The position numbers were made by a program, and so were the translations under genes. Below, piece after piece: positions 34,701-46,966 of a stretch of DNA of 64,000 nucleotides (positions are counted from its first letter, which is position 1; every line of letters starts with the position of its first letter). The notes beneath the pieces are model-generated. The model searched no databases and was not told where the DNA came from. It saw only the letters and a list, made by a program, of their open reading frames with translations. Source of the stretch: Setoptus koraiensis (Eukaryota > Animalia > Arthropoda); assembly GCA_048013815.1 (NCBI GenBank), contig CM106586.1, forward strand, positions 6,138,001 through 6,202,000, read 5' to 3'.

Positions 34701-37700
34701 CGCAAATTGTCACACAATAGTAGCCATTGTTCGCCACCAGGGGCCAGCCAGCAAAGCGAGAGGCTTATTAGAGGGAGCTCATATGAGCGCTCCAATAATA
34801 ATAATGCGTGCAATGGAAATCAGACATGGCGCCATTATTATTGTGGCCCCAATTTAAATTTGCTGCTTTTTAGCTCTTGGCTTCTTTGTCGCTTGTTCGC
34901 ACGCTTCTTCTGTGGCCTCTTGTGCGGCCTCTCGTGGCGCTTCCTTCGGAGCTTCTTTTGTAGCTTCTTTTGCAGCTTCTTTTACAGCGTCCATTGGCTC
35001 ACTGTACCATACAAACACACAAACACAAATTTTATCTCTCTCGTGGGTCTGCCGGCAATTTGGCTTGATGCGCAATTTCAGCTCAAGTGCAATAGTGTGG
35101 CGACACTGGCGAGCTTGCGAGGGGCCCCAATTGCATTGCAACAGTGTATTCGGTGCATGTAACATGGCCACCGGCAGCCAGCACACACACAGTTGTCAGT
35201 GCAAGCTGGTTGGGGCCCCGCAGGCTCGTAGTCGGGCACAGTGTGGGCCCAGCTGACCAGTTATGGGGCCTCTGTTTACAAACGCGGCCCAGCGAATCGC
35301 GACTGTGCGTGCCATTATTTCTGTGCACCATTCTGTGCAAATACTAATGAGCATGGCGCACACACACACAGTTCAATAGTTCACCTGAGCAATTTTCAAT
35401 CATCGGTTGGCCTAATTACTGCTGTAAGTTGACGCGCGAACTTGCATCACTTTTGCTTGTCTCCACAACTGCTGACCGAGTTGCAATTGCTGGCAATTTG
35501 CACCAATTTCGATCAATTTCAAATTATCGCCAGCGCGAAATTCAATGCGAAAATGGGCCTCGCATCTGTAGAATGGGCCCCATGGCACTGGGCACCGGCG
35601 ATCGTTGGACGGCTTGTTTCACGTGCAAGGCGAGCTATTTATCTGATGCATAACGGTTGTTACATGATGTGAGACATGACATGTGACGCAACACGACCTG
35701 TCATTGCGACGACATGTCATAGCGACATGTTTAAGTGTTTACTGCATATGGCACCAGTTGGCACAAGTTTACAAGTGGCAATTATTATTGGTTATACTTG
35801 ATATTGTTAGCGAGACAGGCAGGCAGCTATTAATTAATTTGGTGCCCGTGTGTCTCATTGACGGGCACATTGTGCACTGGCCAGCGGGCCACTAATAATG
35901 ATGATACGCCACCATATCGCCGCTGATAATAATGATAATAACAACAATAATAATGATACAATTCAACACAAGAGCATCGAAAAATGTCAGATAGACACAA
36001 CATGTGTAACATGTGTCAACAACTGTCCAAATTATTATTATTATTGTGCATTATTGTGCATGCAATTGTGTCAAAGTGACACTTGTGACACTGCCATCAT
36101 CATTAGAGCCACCTAGCGGACGGCGCTTTTTACGGCCACTCTGTGTATTGCTTGTTGCCGTTGGCGTGCCGGCCCGGCTGACACTCAAAATTGGGGCCGC
36201 TGGGCGATTTTGAGTGGCTCAGCTTAAGTGGTTGCGTGTTGTTTGTTCGTATGTGACGTGAAATATTTTCCTGTTTTTTTTTTCTTCTTTTTTCATAAAA
36301 ATTGAATGATATGAAAGTTGCGATATGACACTGTTATGATATTGCCAGCCACAAGGGTGGCATCACTACATCGTATTGAGTGTTGAACGTGCTGGCACTT
36401 CGACACTCAAATTCAAAGAAGCGTTACGATACAATTGGCACCAGCGGCCAGCCTGTTTTTGCGCGACAATATATCGCTCGGATGATAGATTGCGTCATTA
36501 TTGTGATGCTATCAGGGCGCATTACAGTGTATCAGCTGCAACAGCATCACCAACAACAACAGCAGCAACAACAGCAACGACAACAACAACAACAACTACA
36601 GCAGCAACAGCGACAGCGACAAGAAAAATGAACCAGTGGCAACAGAGACAACTTTTCGGGCGCCCTCCAATATTCTTTTTATCATTATTCTCTCTGTGCG
36701 ATCCGCTAAGCTAGTCAGCCGGCCAGCCAACGTGCGCGCTGATGATCAACAGAGGGGCCCCAGAGGAGGGCGCTGGCAAGTAGGTGGCGTTAGTCGGGCA
36801 TGCGATCATCTCGTGTATGCAAATGAGATGTTTTTGAAAAGTTTGCAAGCCATGTCGACATGTCATCTAGTCGGCGAGTATATGCGATGTCTGTATAAAG
36901 GCGATATATGTGAGTGTGTAAACTACTACTGTGTATGCAAACTATGATGCGACCAGCATCGGGCCTAAATGAACAGCGCCAATCATCGGCTTGCCGGCGA
37001 GACAAGTTTTAACAAGTAGACTAGCAATGGCGACAGTCATTACGATGTAGTTGCGATAGTATCACAGTGACACTTCACTTGGCCCCTCACCGAACGCAAT
37101 GAGGCTCCGATGCATCGCAGTGTGAACAAAACATATATATATGCTAACATTCTGCTGGATTCTGCTGGATTCTGTTGGATAAATGTTTCATCATTCGCAC
37201 GAGTGACTGGTCGCGACAACTTGGAAATATGCACACAAAATAATATATTGAATACTAGATATTTACAATTACAAGCACCAATACGGTTGAGTTGACCAGT
37301 GTCACAACTTGCGACACTGCACACTGTGTGCACAATGTTTGCAGCCGAGATTTTGTGTCCGATCGAGGCTGTTGTGTCAGTGGGGCCCCAAACAGACGGA
37401 CGGGTTACAATGTGGCCAGTTCATATATACACAGTTATACAAGTTGTATAAGTGTGTCATTAGACTCTAATGATTAGAGGCCCGGAATTGCCGTGAAAAG
37501 CTGCCAATTGGTGCAGCCAACATGATGATTGTCGCTAAGTGACTAACAAGTCGTAATGCAGTTTGCACTCAGTCTTGTCACACGACACCGACTGGTGGCA
37601 GTGATTAGCGCCACTGTTCATTAATGGTAAAACAATGTTTTTGGCCTCTGTGCAGCACACACTCTGCAGTAGGTCCGTATGTGCGTATGGGGCCCCAATA

Positions 37701-40700
37701 GTGACTTTGGTCACCAAAGTTTGGTGCCACAATGAGCAGCAACAAGCACACTGAACATTAAGAGCACAATAATGAGTGTTAGACGAGACAATTAATGGCA
37801 TGAGATAATCTTTCACAGTCACCAAACATCATTTGTTCATTTTGTGTCGGTGGCTAGAGTGCGCCACCGACACACACCGAGCAAGCCTATTAAAGTTGCA
37901 TAATAATACAATTGGCTGTCACATAGCGTCACGACGAGTGGCTGTTGTGTGATGGCGCGCACAATGTTGTCGGCACCGGCTATACCGATAATGGTCATAT
38001 GGCAATATATACAACCGTTATATCCGACAGATGCAGATATGTAGGCTAGATGCACCGACAAGATCGCCGACTTGAGATTCTGGAGATTGTGGTCTCGTCA
38101 GTCTGGTTCAAATAATGATATTGTGCTTGATGAAACTCTGGCCGTATCGTTTGCTCGAGTATCGTTTGCTCGAGTATCGTTTGCTCGAAACATCGACTGG
38201 CTGGAATGGTCGAGCAATCATTTGCTCGAAATGGTGGCCACGATTCCATGAGACTGGCCCACTGGCCATGCGAAGCAAGCAACCGACAAACCAAAAAAGC
38301 AAAGGGCAACCAATCAACTGGGCAACCGATGAATAAGAATGAATAAGATGATATGATAAAATTATACGCCACACACAAATTTTTTTTTGCCTTGCACGAA
38401 ATATATCGGTGTTTGAGCAGGCGATGTCTCGAGCGAACGAGCCCGCGACAGAAACTTGTCGAGCCAGCAAGAGTTGCCGTTGATGCCACTCGAGGGGCGC
38501 CCGGCGAGCGGCGTGTGCAACAAAACAATTAGTGGCGCACAAGCAAGCGGACTCTAGCGGACAATTTCGCCAGCAGCCAGCCATCTTGAGGAGGGTTGAG
38601 GCCCCGGCGGCAGCGGTGTATCTAGTTGTACAATAAATCCGTCTGCGCACACAAATACAGCCGCGGACATGGTTGTGGATGTAGCGGCAGCGACACATGG
38701 GACAACATGGCAAACATTGGATGATCTGAGATGATTAGTTGACCTGGCCTCATGTTGGCCAGCGCCAGTTAAGTAGTCGGCTGGAGAGGCCCTGTGCCCT
38801 GTGCCTTGTGCCATTTGCATGCACCACTCACAACAGCGACTCGAACGCCCCGCACAGCCGCACAGCAAAAGAGAGGGGCCCTTAATGTCTAAATTAAGTG
38901 GCAAATCGCGCGACAAGTGCCTCCGCAGCGCCCACCGCACCGCCAACGAGCGCGCCGGCAGAACAATGAAAACAATGACAACAGCAGCGGCAGCAGCGGC
39001 AACAACAGCGGCAACAACAGCAACAATGACAACGGACAAGGCGGAATTAGCCGAATGACACAAGTGGCCCTGAGATTGCGAGAGCGCACAGAAAAAACAA
39101 ACAAGCGCACAATCATCGATCTAGTTCCATTAACTGGCCACTGGGCGACTAGCGCCGGCAGCGCCCCAGATGTAACCATAAATACATATATACATACGTA
39201 TATATGCGCGTACATACACGTGCATATATACGTATGCGCAATAATTAGCTCGCTCGCCACAGACCAGTGACCGGAGCGGGCGCGAGCGGCCGGCTCGCTC
39301 GACGGGTCGGCGTCAGTGTCCGCCGTCCGCCGTCCGCCGCCCGCCAGTATCTGGCGTGATCCAGTGACGGGTGCGGAGGCGCGCAGCACCGACGGCAATC
39401 AATTTGGCGATCACTTTCTGGCTTGCGGCTACAGCCAGCGACACCGCAACCGCCGCAAATCTGTCGCTATGTCGCCAGTGTCGGCTGGCCGTGCCAGTGT
39501 GAGCTGCTCGCCAGTCGCTATGCTCGCAGCCGATACATGCCGTATAGGGTGCATGCATGGCAGCGTATATGGCGGCGTGTGCGGTGCGACGGCACCTAGC
39601 GACTTTCGCGAGTCGCGACTCGCGACTTTGACAAAGCTCACAGCGACCCTACGCAAGGCGCGCTCGCTACACCTACCGCCAAGCGACACAGCGCTGTCGC
39701 TGGCCTCAGATATAATGATCTTGGCGTGCCAATATTCGACATTATTATTCGCCGCTGCGCCACACCGTCAAGGGGGCGCCACCGACAGAACAAAACGACG
39801 CCACATTTGTCTGGCGCGTCGCGCACAACACATAGCACAACACATGGCACAACACATAGCAGTACAGCCAAAGCAGGGCGTGATTGATCGCGCACAGGTG
39901 ACAGTGTCCGTTTGTCGTGTTCAGCTAGTTTGCACCGGCGTTGGCCAGTTGCCAATTGACCGGTGTGGCCAAAATGCGGTGCTCATACACGGCAGCTCAT
40001 GCACGGGCTGACAGCAGTGCGGCACTTTGGACGACAGAGTGCGCCCCGTCCGTCATAGCCAGCCTAACAAGTTGTGAGCAGAGTGACTTGCACGGAATTG
40101 TTGCTGCAAACCGGAAACCGGAGCGCAAAACGGACACGGCCGCCGCGGGCCGCTCCATTGCGGCCATTAAAAGTTTTGTCAGTTGTGATGCGCAATGTGC
40201 GTGATGCGACCGCCAACGGGACGTGCAATACATTCAACATTGTGACGCAGCTCTCAAGCTCGTGCCACTCTCAAGCTCGTGCCACTCTCAACTGGTCGGC
40301 ACAATCGGCGCCATCCGTGCACAGCGCGTGCACAATTGGTGTGCGTTGTCGCGCTCACGCGAGCCAACGAGCAAAACAGGCGCAGCTTGCAACTGGTCAC
40401 ATAGCGACACTGAACACACGCAATTGATATATTGAATTTGGGGCCGCCGGCAAGTATGCGCGGCCCGGGCATGTAACCGGGCGCGCTGTCTTGTCCAGAT
40501 GGGATCATTGTGAGACAGTTGTCGTTGTCGTTGTTTTATTATTATGCTTGCGTGGCCCCAGCGGTCATATCGTACGCGTCGGTGTCTTGCTACCCGCGCC
40601 CGTGCCTGTCTATTCATGTGTGAATATGTCAGCCATGTCTGTGGCATCTCACATATACAAATCATGCAAATCATACCAATGGCTATTATTGGTGTGTGTG

Positions 40701-43073
40701 TGTGCGCGCGTGCACGACTCGTGCACATGTCAGCCCCATGGACATGTCGCCGTTGGTCAGACACAAATCTCGCAGCGACAACAACAACGACATGCGAATG
40801 AATATTTCACCTAAGGTTACGTAATGATATTATTACATTATTGTACATTATTGTATATTTGGCCGGTTGCACGTGCATTTTGCACAGCGCACAGTACATG
40901 TAACTTACATGATACGTAAGTGATACGCGCGCACCGTCTGTGATATTTGTCATACGCGCGCTATTGGCTGCACGAGTGGTGCGATATGGCGTTGGTTGGT
41001 GTACGCTCTTGGCGCTTGCCAGCTCGCGCTTTAATTGGCTGCAAACGAGTTAGAAATTTATTGCAACGAGATGTCACGGTCACACACATCATACAGTTAT
41101 TACACAGTTATAAGTAGCAGCCACGCCCGACGTTGCCACGAGCTTGACATTTGCGTCTCGCCAGGGGATCTGTCGCTTGCTGGTTGCGTGTTTGTTGTTG
41201 CTCGTGCGAGCGCGTGTCAGCCATGTGTGGCGCCAGCGATAGCCGCGCCATGTAAACACAAGCCTGAGACAGTTGCAATTAGTTGCTGTTGGCCGGCCGG
41301 CCGCCGCTTTGTTTGTTGGCCGCAAACAAACCGGCCCGGCCCGGCCCGGCCGCACCGCAAACTCGACTGCAAACTTGTGTCGAGTGTTGAAAATCTATTT
41401 CCATGCGTCAAATGTTGGTGCTGTCGTTGTCGTCTTTGTTGTCGTTGTTGTCGTTGTTGTTTTTGTTGCTGTTGCTGTCGTTGCTGTCGTTGCTGTCGTT
41501 GCTGTCGTTGCTGTCGTTGCTGTCGTTGCTGTCGTTGCTGTCGTTGCTGTCGTTGCTGTCGTTGGTGGCGTCGCTGTGGCCGTCAAGAGTCGTGACGAAA
41601 CAATATCATTGGTGTGTTGTTCTGTTTTGAAAAACACGATCACTGGCAAGATGCTAAATCGCGCACTAAATCACTTGTCTGTCGCACTGTCTGGCTCGTC
41701 TGTGCACAGCGGCGACAAGTTGGCGCGGCACAAAAACAAACAAGCTCAATATATTAATGATTAATGGTCAGATAAATTAAATCTCTCCACTGCCGGCCAC
41801 ACCACTCGTTGGGGCCGGCTCACAACAATGACGCCCGCCAGCGATAACGGTTTTGTAGGCAACGGTGCTAACAGTGGCCCAGTGGACAAGCCCGCCAAAC
41901 AGCTCACTCTCACATGATAGTTTGTCGCTGCAAAACAAAACTATAATAGAAAGCAAAAGAATAGAAGAGAAAAGAAGAAAAATTGTCCTCATATTTCTGG
42001 CGATTTGTCTGGCACCCAAATGAAGCAATATGCTGCCTAGCGATGTTTGCTCACTCTCTGTCATCTCTCGCTGCATTGTAGCGACTGCGGGCCCACTTTG
42101 CAGCGCCATCGACGGTCGCCAGTTGCCAGTCTAATGGCCGCTGCTAGCAAGCAAACTGTTACGAGATAATCGTAACTTTTTTCGCCAGCGCCCCCAAAAG
42201 GGAACCGAAGCGTCGAAACCAAAAAACAATGCTGCCGCAATGGCGCTCGATGGGGGCGGGGGCCACTTGTAATCTCTTGTTGGCAATTTTTATCGACCGC
42301 ACTCTCAAGTGAGTGGGCGACGGACGATTTGAGATGGCGACGACACACACAATGGAGGGCGCAAAACAAGCTCGCGGGCCCACAACTCGTCGGTAGCTCG
42401 CTTGTTGTGTGACTTGTTGTTTGACGGCGATATGAATATTGATTTGAGGGCAATGAGAAACAAAAGGTGCGCAAAAAGGGCGCAAAGCGAATGGTTTTCG
42501 CAAGTGGATCGCATGAATTATTATATTATTATATTTCTGAAACAACAATAGCTCGCACAGAGATAATTCTCGGAAATTCATGCGCGCCGAAGGCGCTCGC
42601 TTCGCATTGAACGCCTTGCACATTGAACACTTGGCATAACGAGTTTATTTTTGGGCTAAATTTAGCTAAATATCCCCAAAATGAGGCATTTCGCAGCCAA
42701 AAAGAATGACGCTTGCCGGTGCCCAGACCAAAGCGTCAGTGTGAACACGGGAGACAAAAGACAGCGGAACACTCATGCAAACGAGAGCGCTTGTCGCAAG
42801 GGAGCCCGAGTGGCCCCAAACTCACGCAAGAGCCTCCAACGAAACGATGCAAATAATAATTGAATTGGCCACTGGCCAGGTTAGCTGGCCAGTGGTCAGC
42901 TGGTGGCGAGTATGAGCAACGAGGATAACGAGTGACAGGCCATAATAATCAATGATGAATTGGAATTTGCAGCAAGTTGCAAACTGGTGTCGTTAGGTGG
43001 TCGCACGTCGACTTACAAGTTGAACTCTAACAGTTAGAGCGAGCAACAGTGACCGAGTAACAACAGCGCCTTG

Positions 43074-43121
<48 letters not shown>

Positions 43122-43973
43122 GGAAAAGGGTTGCAGCGTCGACAAACACAAACACAAGCCATGTTGTTGGTTTATTTATGCAAATATAATCATTTGCGCA
43201 ACGCCGGCCCCGGATTGCACTGAACGCGCGCGCACACAACTGCATGGAAAGCAATTTATTAATGAGTGGTGAGTGTCCACTCACTTGTGCTTGCCGGACT
43301 GGTCGCCTCATCCGGATTAAGCCATCACGCGAAATCAGGCGACAAGAAACGAGACGAGGCCAGATTAGACGAGATGAGTCGAGCCCAGATATAAATAGAG
43401 CAACTCAACACTTTTGAGATGGCGCGCCCCTTCCGGTTTGTGATGCAGCGTCCAGCAGAGTGGCCCAAAGTGCAAAGCGGGTGCAATGGACGCATCGGCG
43501 TCATCATTGGGCAGCGTCATTATCATACAAATATAGCACAATACCCATGGTGCATGGGCCATTGGCCGATGGGCCACGGGTATTACGGCGGTATCGCGCG
43601 TTGGTGTGCGTCATCTTATTGAGGCCTAACGAGGCCACTGCTATTTATTGGCGCCGGTCGAGACAACAACAATAAATCAGCGCCACAATCTGGCTGCCCG
43701 CTTGGCGACAATCGTCGATCGTCAGCTGACAACTGTCAACTGTCAAATGTCAACTGACCAATGTCAACACAACGGCTGGTTGTGTTGACACGAGCGTAGG
43801 TTGTCTGACCAAAGGTTTAGGTGTTGTTTAGTGAGCCGGTTGCACTTACCGTCTTTGTCGTAGTTGTTCCAAACATCCATGAACTGGTGCGAGTTGAGGT
43901 TCTTGAGCACCCTGGTGTCCTTGTCGCGGAACTTGCTCATAAAGTTGGCCTCTACTTTGTGTGCGCCCTCCAT
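14453..43973 (-). CDS. Cbp53E: Calbindin-32/Cbp53E-like hexa-EF-hand protein, 9 coding exons (304 aa)
   Basis: Exons 43973-43850, 21483-21398, 20741-20652, 18159-18089, 16461-16446, 15457-15401, 15247-15065, 14951-14895 and 14683-14453. All are GT-AG with matching phases, 915 nt in total. The joined protein reads ...[16 protein letters not shown]...[44 protein letters not shown]...LLPVKENFL...[14 protein letters not shown], matching fly Cbp53E as I recall it. Confidence 0.93.
15871..15937. repeat. 10-bp minisatellite (agttggttcc) about 6.5 copies, intronic
   Basis: Read directly. Confidence 0.9.
16446..16461 (-). other. 16-nt coding microexon of the calbindin gene
   Basis: caatag|TGTGGAATTTATGAAG|gtaagt supplies (S)VEFMK, completing DNPLESSVEFMKIW between exons 4 and 6. 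Confidence 0.88.
17361..17399. repeat. Perfect hairpin, 18-bp stem and 3-nt loop, intronic
   Basis: gtcgcgacacaatgctag-agg-ctagcattgtgtcgcgac. Confidence 0.95.
20416..20490. repeat. 15-bp minisatellite x5 (at[g/a]cccggcgac[g/a]ga), intronic
   Basis: Read directly. Confidence 0.9.
22162..22212. repeat. Perfect hairpin, 22-bp stem and 7-nt loop (pre-miRNA-sized), intronic
   Basis: cggatagttgtgtacagtttcg-ggattgt-cgaaactgtacacaactatccg. Confidence 0.95.
24340..24910 (+). mobile_element. Possible decayed non-LTR (RTE-like) retrotransposon APE-endonuclease fragment
   Basis: Open frame of about 143 codons containing KIDIIGLS (cf. idI.glSE), ALIASHL...[14 protein letters not shown] (cf. iq.YAP) and [13 protein letters not shown], in the expected order. 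Catalytic residues are lost. Alignment by eye only. Confidence 0.35.
25167..25516. repeat. Pair of 42-bp direct repeats (39/42 identical), 308 bp apart
   Basis: gtgaaattttattttaagataatttattcgttcgtgatcgat at 25167-25208 and gtgaaaatttattttaagataatttattcgtttgcgatcgat at 25475-25516. Confidence 0.9.
29814..29847. repeat. Perfect 34-bp loopless palindrome centred on GGGGCCCC
   Basis: cgctgttgtgattggggccccaatcacaacagcg is its own reverse complement. Confidence 0.95.
31663..31720. repeat. (AC)22(GC)6 compound microsatellite
   Basis: Read directly. Confidence 0.9.
41471..41560. repeat. 9-bp minisatellite (gttgctgtc) x10, intronic
   Basis: Read directly; no spacers between units. Confidence 0.92.
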
Positions 43974-46966
43974 TGCGGCTGAGATATAATTGGCTCGCTA
44001 ATGCTGTTGCTATTTGCAAATTGATATTAGTATTATTATCGATATTATACTTTCGCTTATTCTCTTGGTTATATATTGGCTAAATTGGCTGGCTTGTCCC
44101 GCGTGCAAACTTGTCGCTGCTGTGAGGGGCTCGTGAGGCGCCAGCACCAATAGTGACCACTAACGAACGGCCCAATGCAAACAATAACAGACAACAACTA
44201 CCTCTACCGACTATTCTATAACTACAACTACTAACACTATCACTAATGATGATGATATATAAGCTGCGATTTAAAATTTCCTCCAACTAGCTAATGGTTA
44301 TCGGTGCTGTCAGTGTCGCTGTTGCTGCTGTTGTTGTTGCTGGTGTCGTTGTTTGTGTTGTCGTTGTTGTTGTTAGTCGAAATGTCGCTGATGTTATCGG
44401 TGTGAATGCAAGACAAAAGTGTAACACTTGTGATTTATTCGCAGCTTTTGTGCGTGCGTGTGTGTGTATTGTATACAATGTTGTCACGTTGCGCGATTTG
44501 CAAAGTGTGATTTGCGAAATGTCTCGTTCAATTGAAAACTTGCACTAAACAAATACTACTGCTTGTCTGGATAATTTATATCATCACGTTTGTCGTCGTG
44601 CCGCTTCAAACTGCAACAACCAACTGGAAAGAAACTTCACGTTACAGTCAAGTCAACTTGGCGACTGGCTCATCTAACGGCTCCGACAACAATGCCAGCA
44701 ACAGCCACAAACAAGACAACTCGTCCTGTCGTCTTGCTCCAATCAACATCAAACAACACACATTACGCAACGTGACAACCTTACACTTGCCCACCGGACA
44801 TGCGTCGACTCAACAATGCACCAGTGCGCATGTATATTCACGTATAATATATTAAGTGAGCCGGCACATCGAGCTCGATGCGACACAGCGAGAGAGAGAG
44901 AGAGAGAGAGAGGATTGGGTGAGCGAAAGTCGCTAGGCGCTCGCCCGATCGCCGGCGCTGAGCCCGCTGGGCACGCGCCACGCGCAGTTTAGTGTGATGG
45001 CACGCGCTCACAATTGCAGTCAGTTCAAGCGTGGCCGCGTGTATTATGACAACCACAACTCGCTTGCTGGTGGTGCACGCAGCCCAACAAACAGCCTAAG
45101 AGATTTGGCCCCATATCGCGCTAATCATAACGGTGTCATGATTACATTTTGGCGCCATATCTCGCCCTCTACATCACAGGCTCTAATCACGGCACAAACT
45201 CACCGCAGAGTGGACACTATCGGCAAGCTCTCAGTTGGCCAGTTGATAGCGAGAGACTGTAATTACAATTAGACTCGCCACCAGCCAATCGACCATACAC
45301 AATATACCATACAGACAGGCACTGGCCAATAAGCTATGGCCAATAATAATGACGACAATAATCTAATCACCCAGTCTTACGCATTGTGACTCGAGCTACT
45401 GATTGCCTATTATTTTGCCGATTATTATTATTTTTGGCCTGCTGAACAAAGGTGCCCAACGCGCCAGCCACTTACGCAACAGCAAGCTCGACGCAAAAGA
45501 CGCCTCAAATTATCTCATACTGTTCATGTTGAATGAACAGTAAAGTGAGTCAGTGCCGGTGAATTGTCGTGTCGGCTGTCAGCATCCGAACAGTGCAACA
45601 CCAACTCGCCAACCTATTGGCAGGCTATAATTTCTTGCTACAGTCTACTCGTTGGTGGCCAAGTCAACACTAATTGAACTGGCCTCGGGCCACAAATTCG
45701 AGCTGCGCCCCGCACCTTCCGGAAACTATCGTGGCTCATAGCGCCCATTGTGGCGTAAAGAGTTGGCCAATGAATAATTTGATTATATAACTGATTTCAT
45801 TATATGCTGAATAGTAATGAATCTGAGATTACATTATTCTTATATTATGATAATAAGTGTCTGACAAATTCAATCGGCTTTTCGCAATCTCTCCCTTTTA
45901 TCTGTCCGTTGTGTTGTGCTGCAATGTCAGGGCGCAATAAATTTGCGACCATTAGTCAAGCACTAGCTCCGTGATAATGATCGTGGATAATAATGTATGC
46001 AAGCAGATTTTAGTAAAGTTCAAAGTCACTAAAAACAACAGCCCATCGTGAAAAGGAGCCAAAAGGAATAGCAATGAACGCGCTAGACAATAGGAGAGTT
46101 TGTGCACATACGGAAATGATAATGGCCACCATTAATATTTATCAATGTTGTATCACAATCAGACACTTGTTGATTGTTGTTTGTGTTTGCCAACTCGCTT
46201 TGCTTGTTAGCACTAACAGCATTAGTATAAATCTCTTCTGCTGTCTAAATCTATTATATTTAGTTTGCCATTGTATGGTGTGTTTGTGTTCAATGATTAG
46301 ACAGACAGAAAGAAAGATTCGCAGCCAGAAAAGGTCGCCTCAAATAGATGTGGATACCTGCATACTGGTGGTGCCATATTAGATTATTAAGCTATCATTA
46401 GCTCTGGCAAGCTTGTCCGCTGTTGATGTCACATAATGGTGATAATTTTACCTGAGAGTCTCTGTGTAAGTGTCTATGGGATCGATACAACCATCCATAT
46501 GGTTAAGCGATAAACTCGCTCATTGATTGCATACTCGCGTATGAGCATGTCAGAAACGGCAACAACAACAACAACAACAACAACGACACTAGATACAGAC
46601 AATGAGACTCATTGGATGAGTCTATCAAGAGCCAGCTAAATAAAACAACAACAACAACAACAAATGCAACCTGTACGATGTGTATCACAATGTGACCTGT
46701 CTGACGAGCAGCAATGAATTATGCGACAACAGCTTTTAGTCGAATTGTTGTCAGAGTTATTTATATAGTGGCGTTACTATGAACGTTACAGATAAAAAAG
46801 GAATTAGTTCTTATCAAGTCACACTGTAATATAGTCAATATTGTCCGAGAGAGCATGAGTACATACACATTTGGTATTAAATAGTTAGTCATTCAACAAT
46901 CAGATATTACTGATTATTATATATACAGGTGAATATACAAGTGCACTGTGTAGTGTCTAGGCAACA

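Noticed and set aside
38110-38240. (gtatcgtttgctcga)x3 plus tcgagcaa/ttgctcga as a MITE
   Set aside because: No defined terminal inverted repeats or target-site duplication could be found; treated as a local tandem duplication.
41471-41560. Tandem repeat as a CRISPR array or coding repeat
   Set aside because: The 9-bp units are contiguous with no spacers, the context is eukaryotic, and there are no cas genes.
16840-43800. Hundreds of 60-230 aa ORFs on both strands in the ORF track
   Set aside because: They overlap in several frames, lack family motifs, are R/A/P/G/C-rich as expected for stop-poor GC-rich DNA, and lie inside the calbindin introns. Only the true exons and the two flagged candidates were kept.
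46452-46498. Minus-strand MDGCIDPIDTYTETL exon as an N-terminal extension of calbindin
   Set aside because: Its donor is phase 2, but the acceptor at 43979 needs phase 1 to be in frame. At most it is a 5' UTR exon carrying a uORF.
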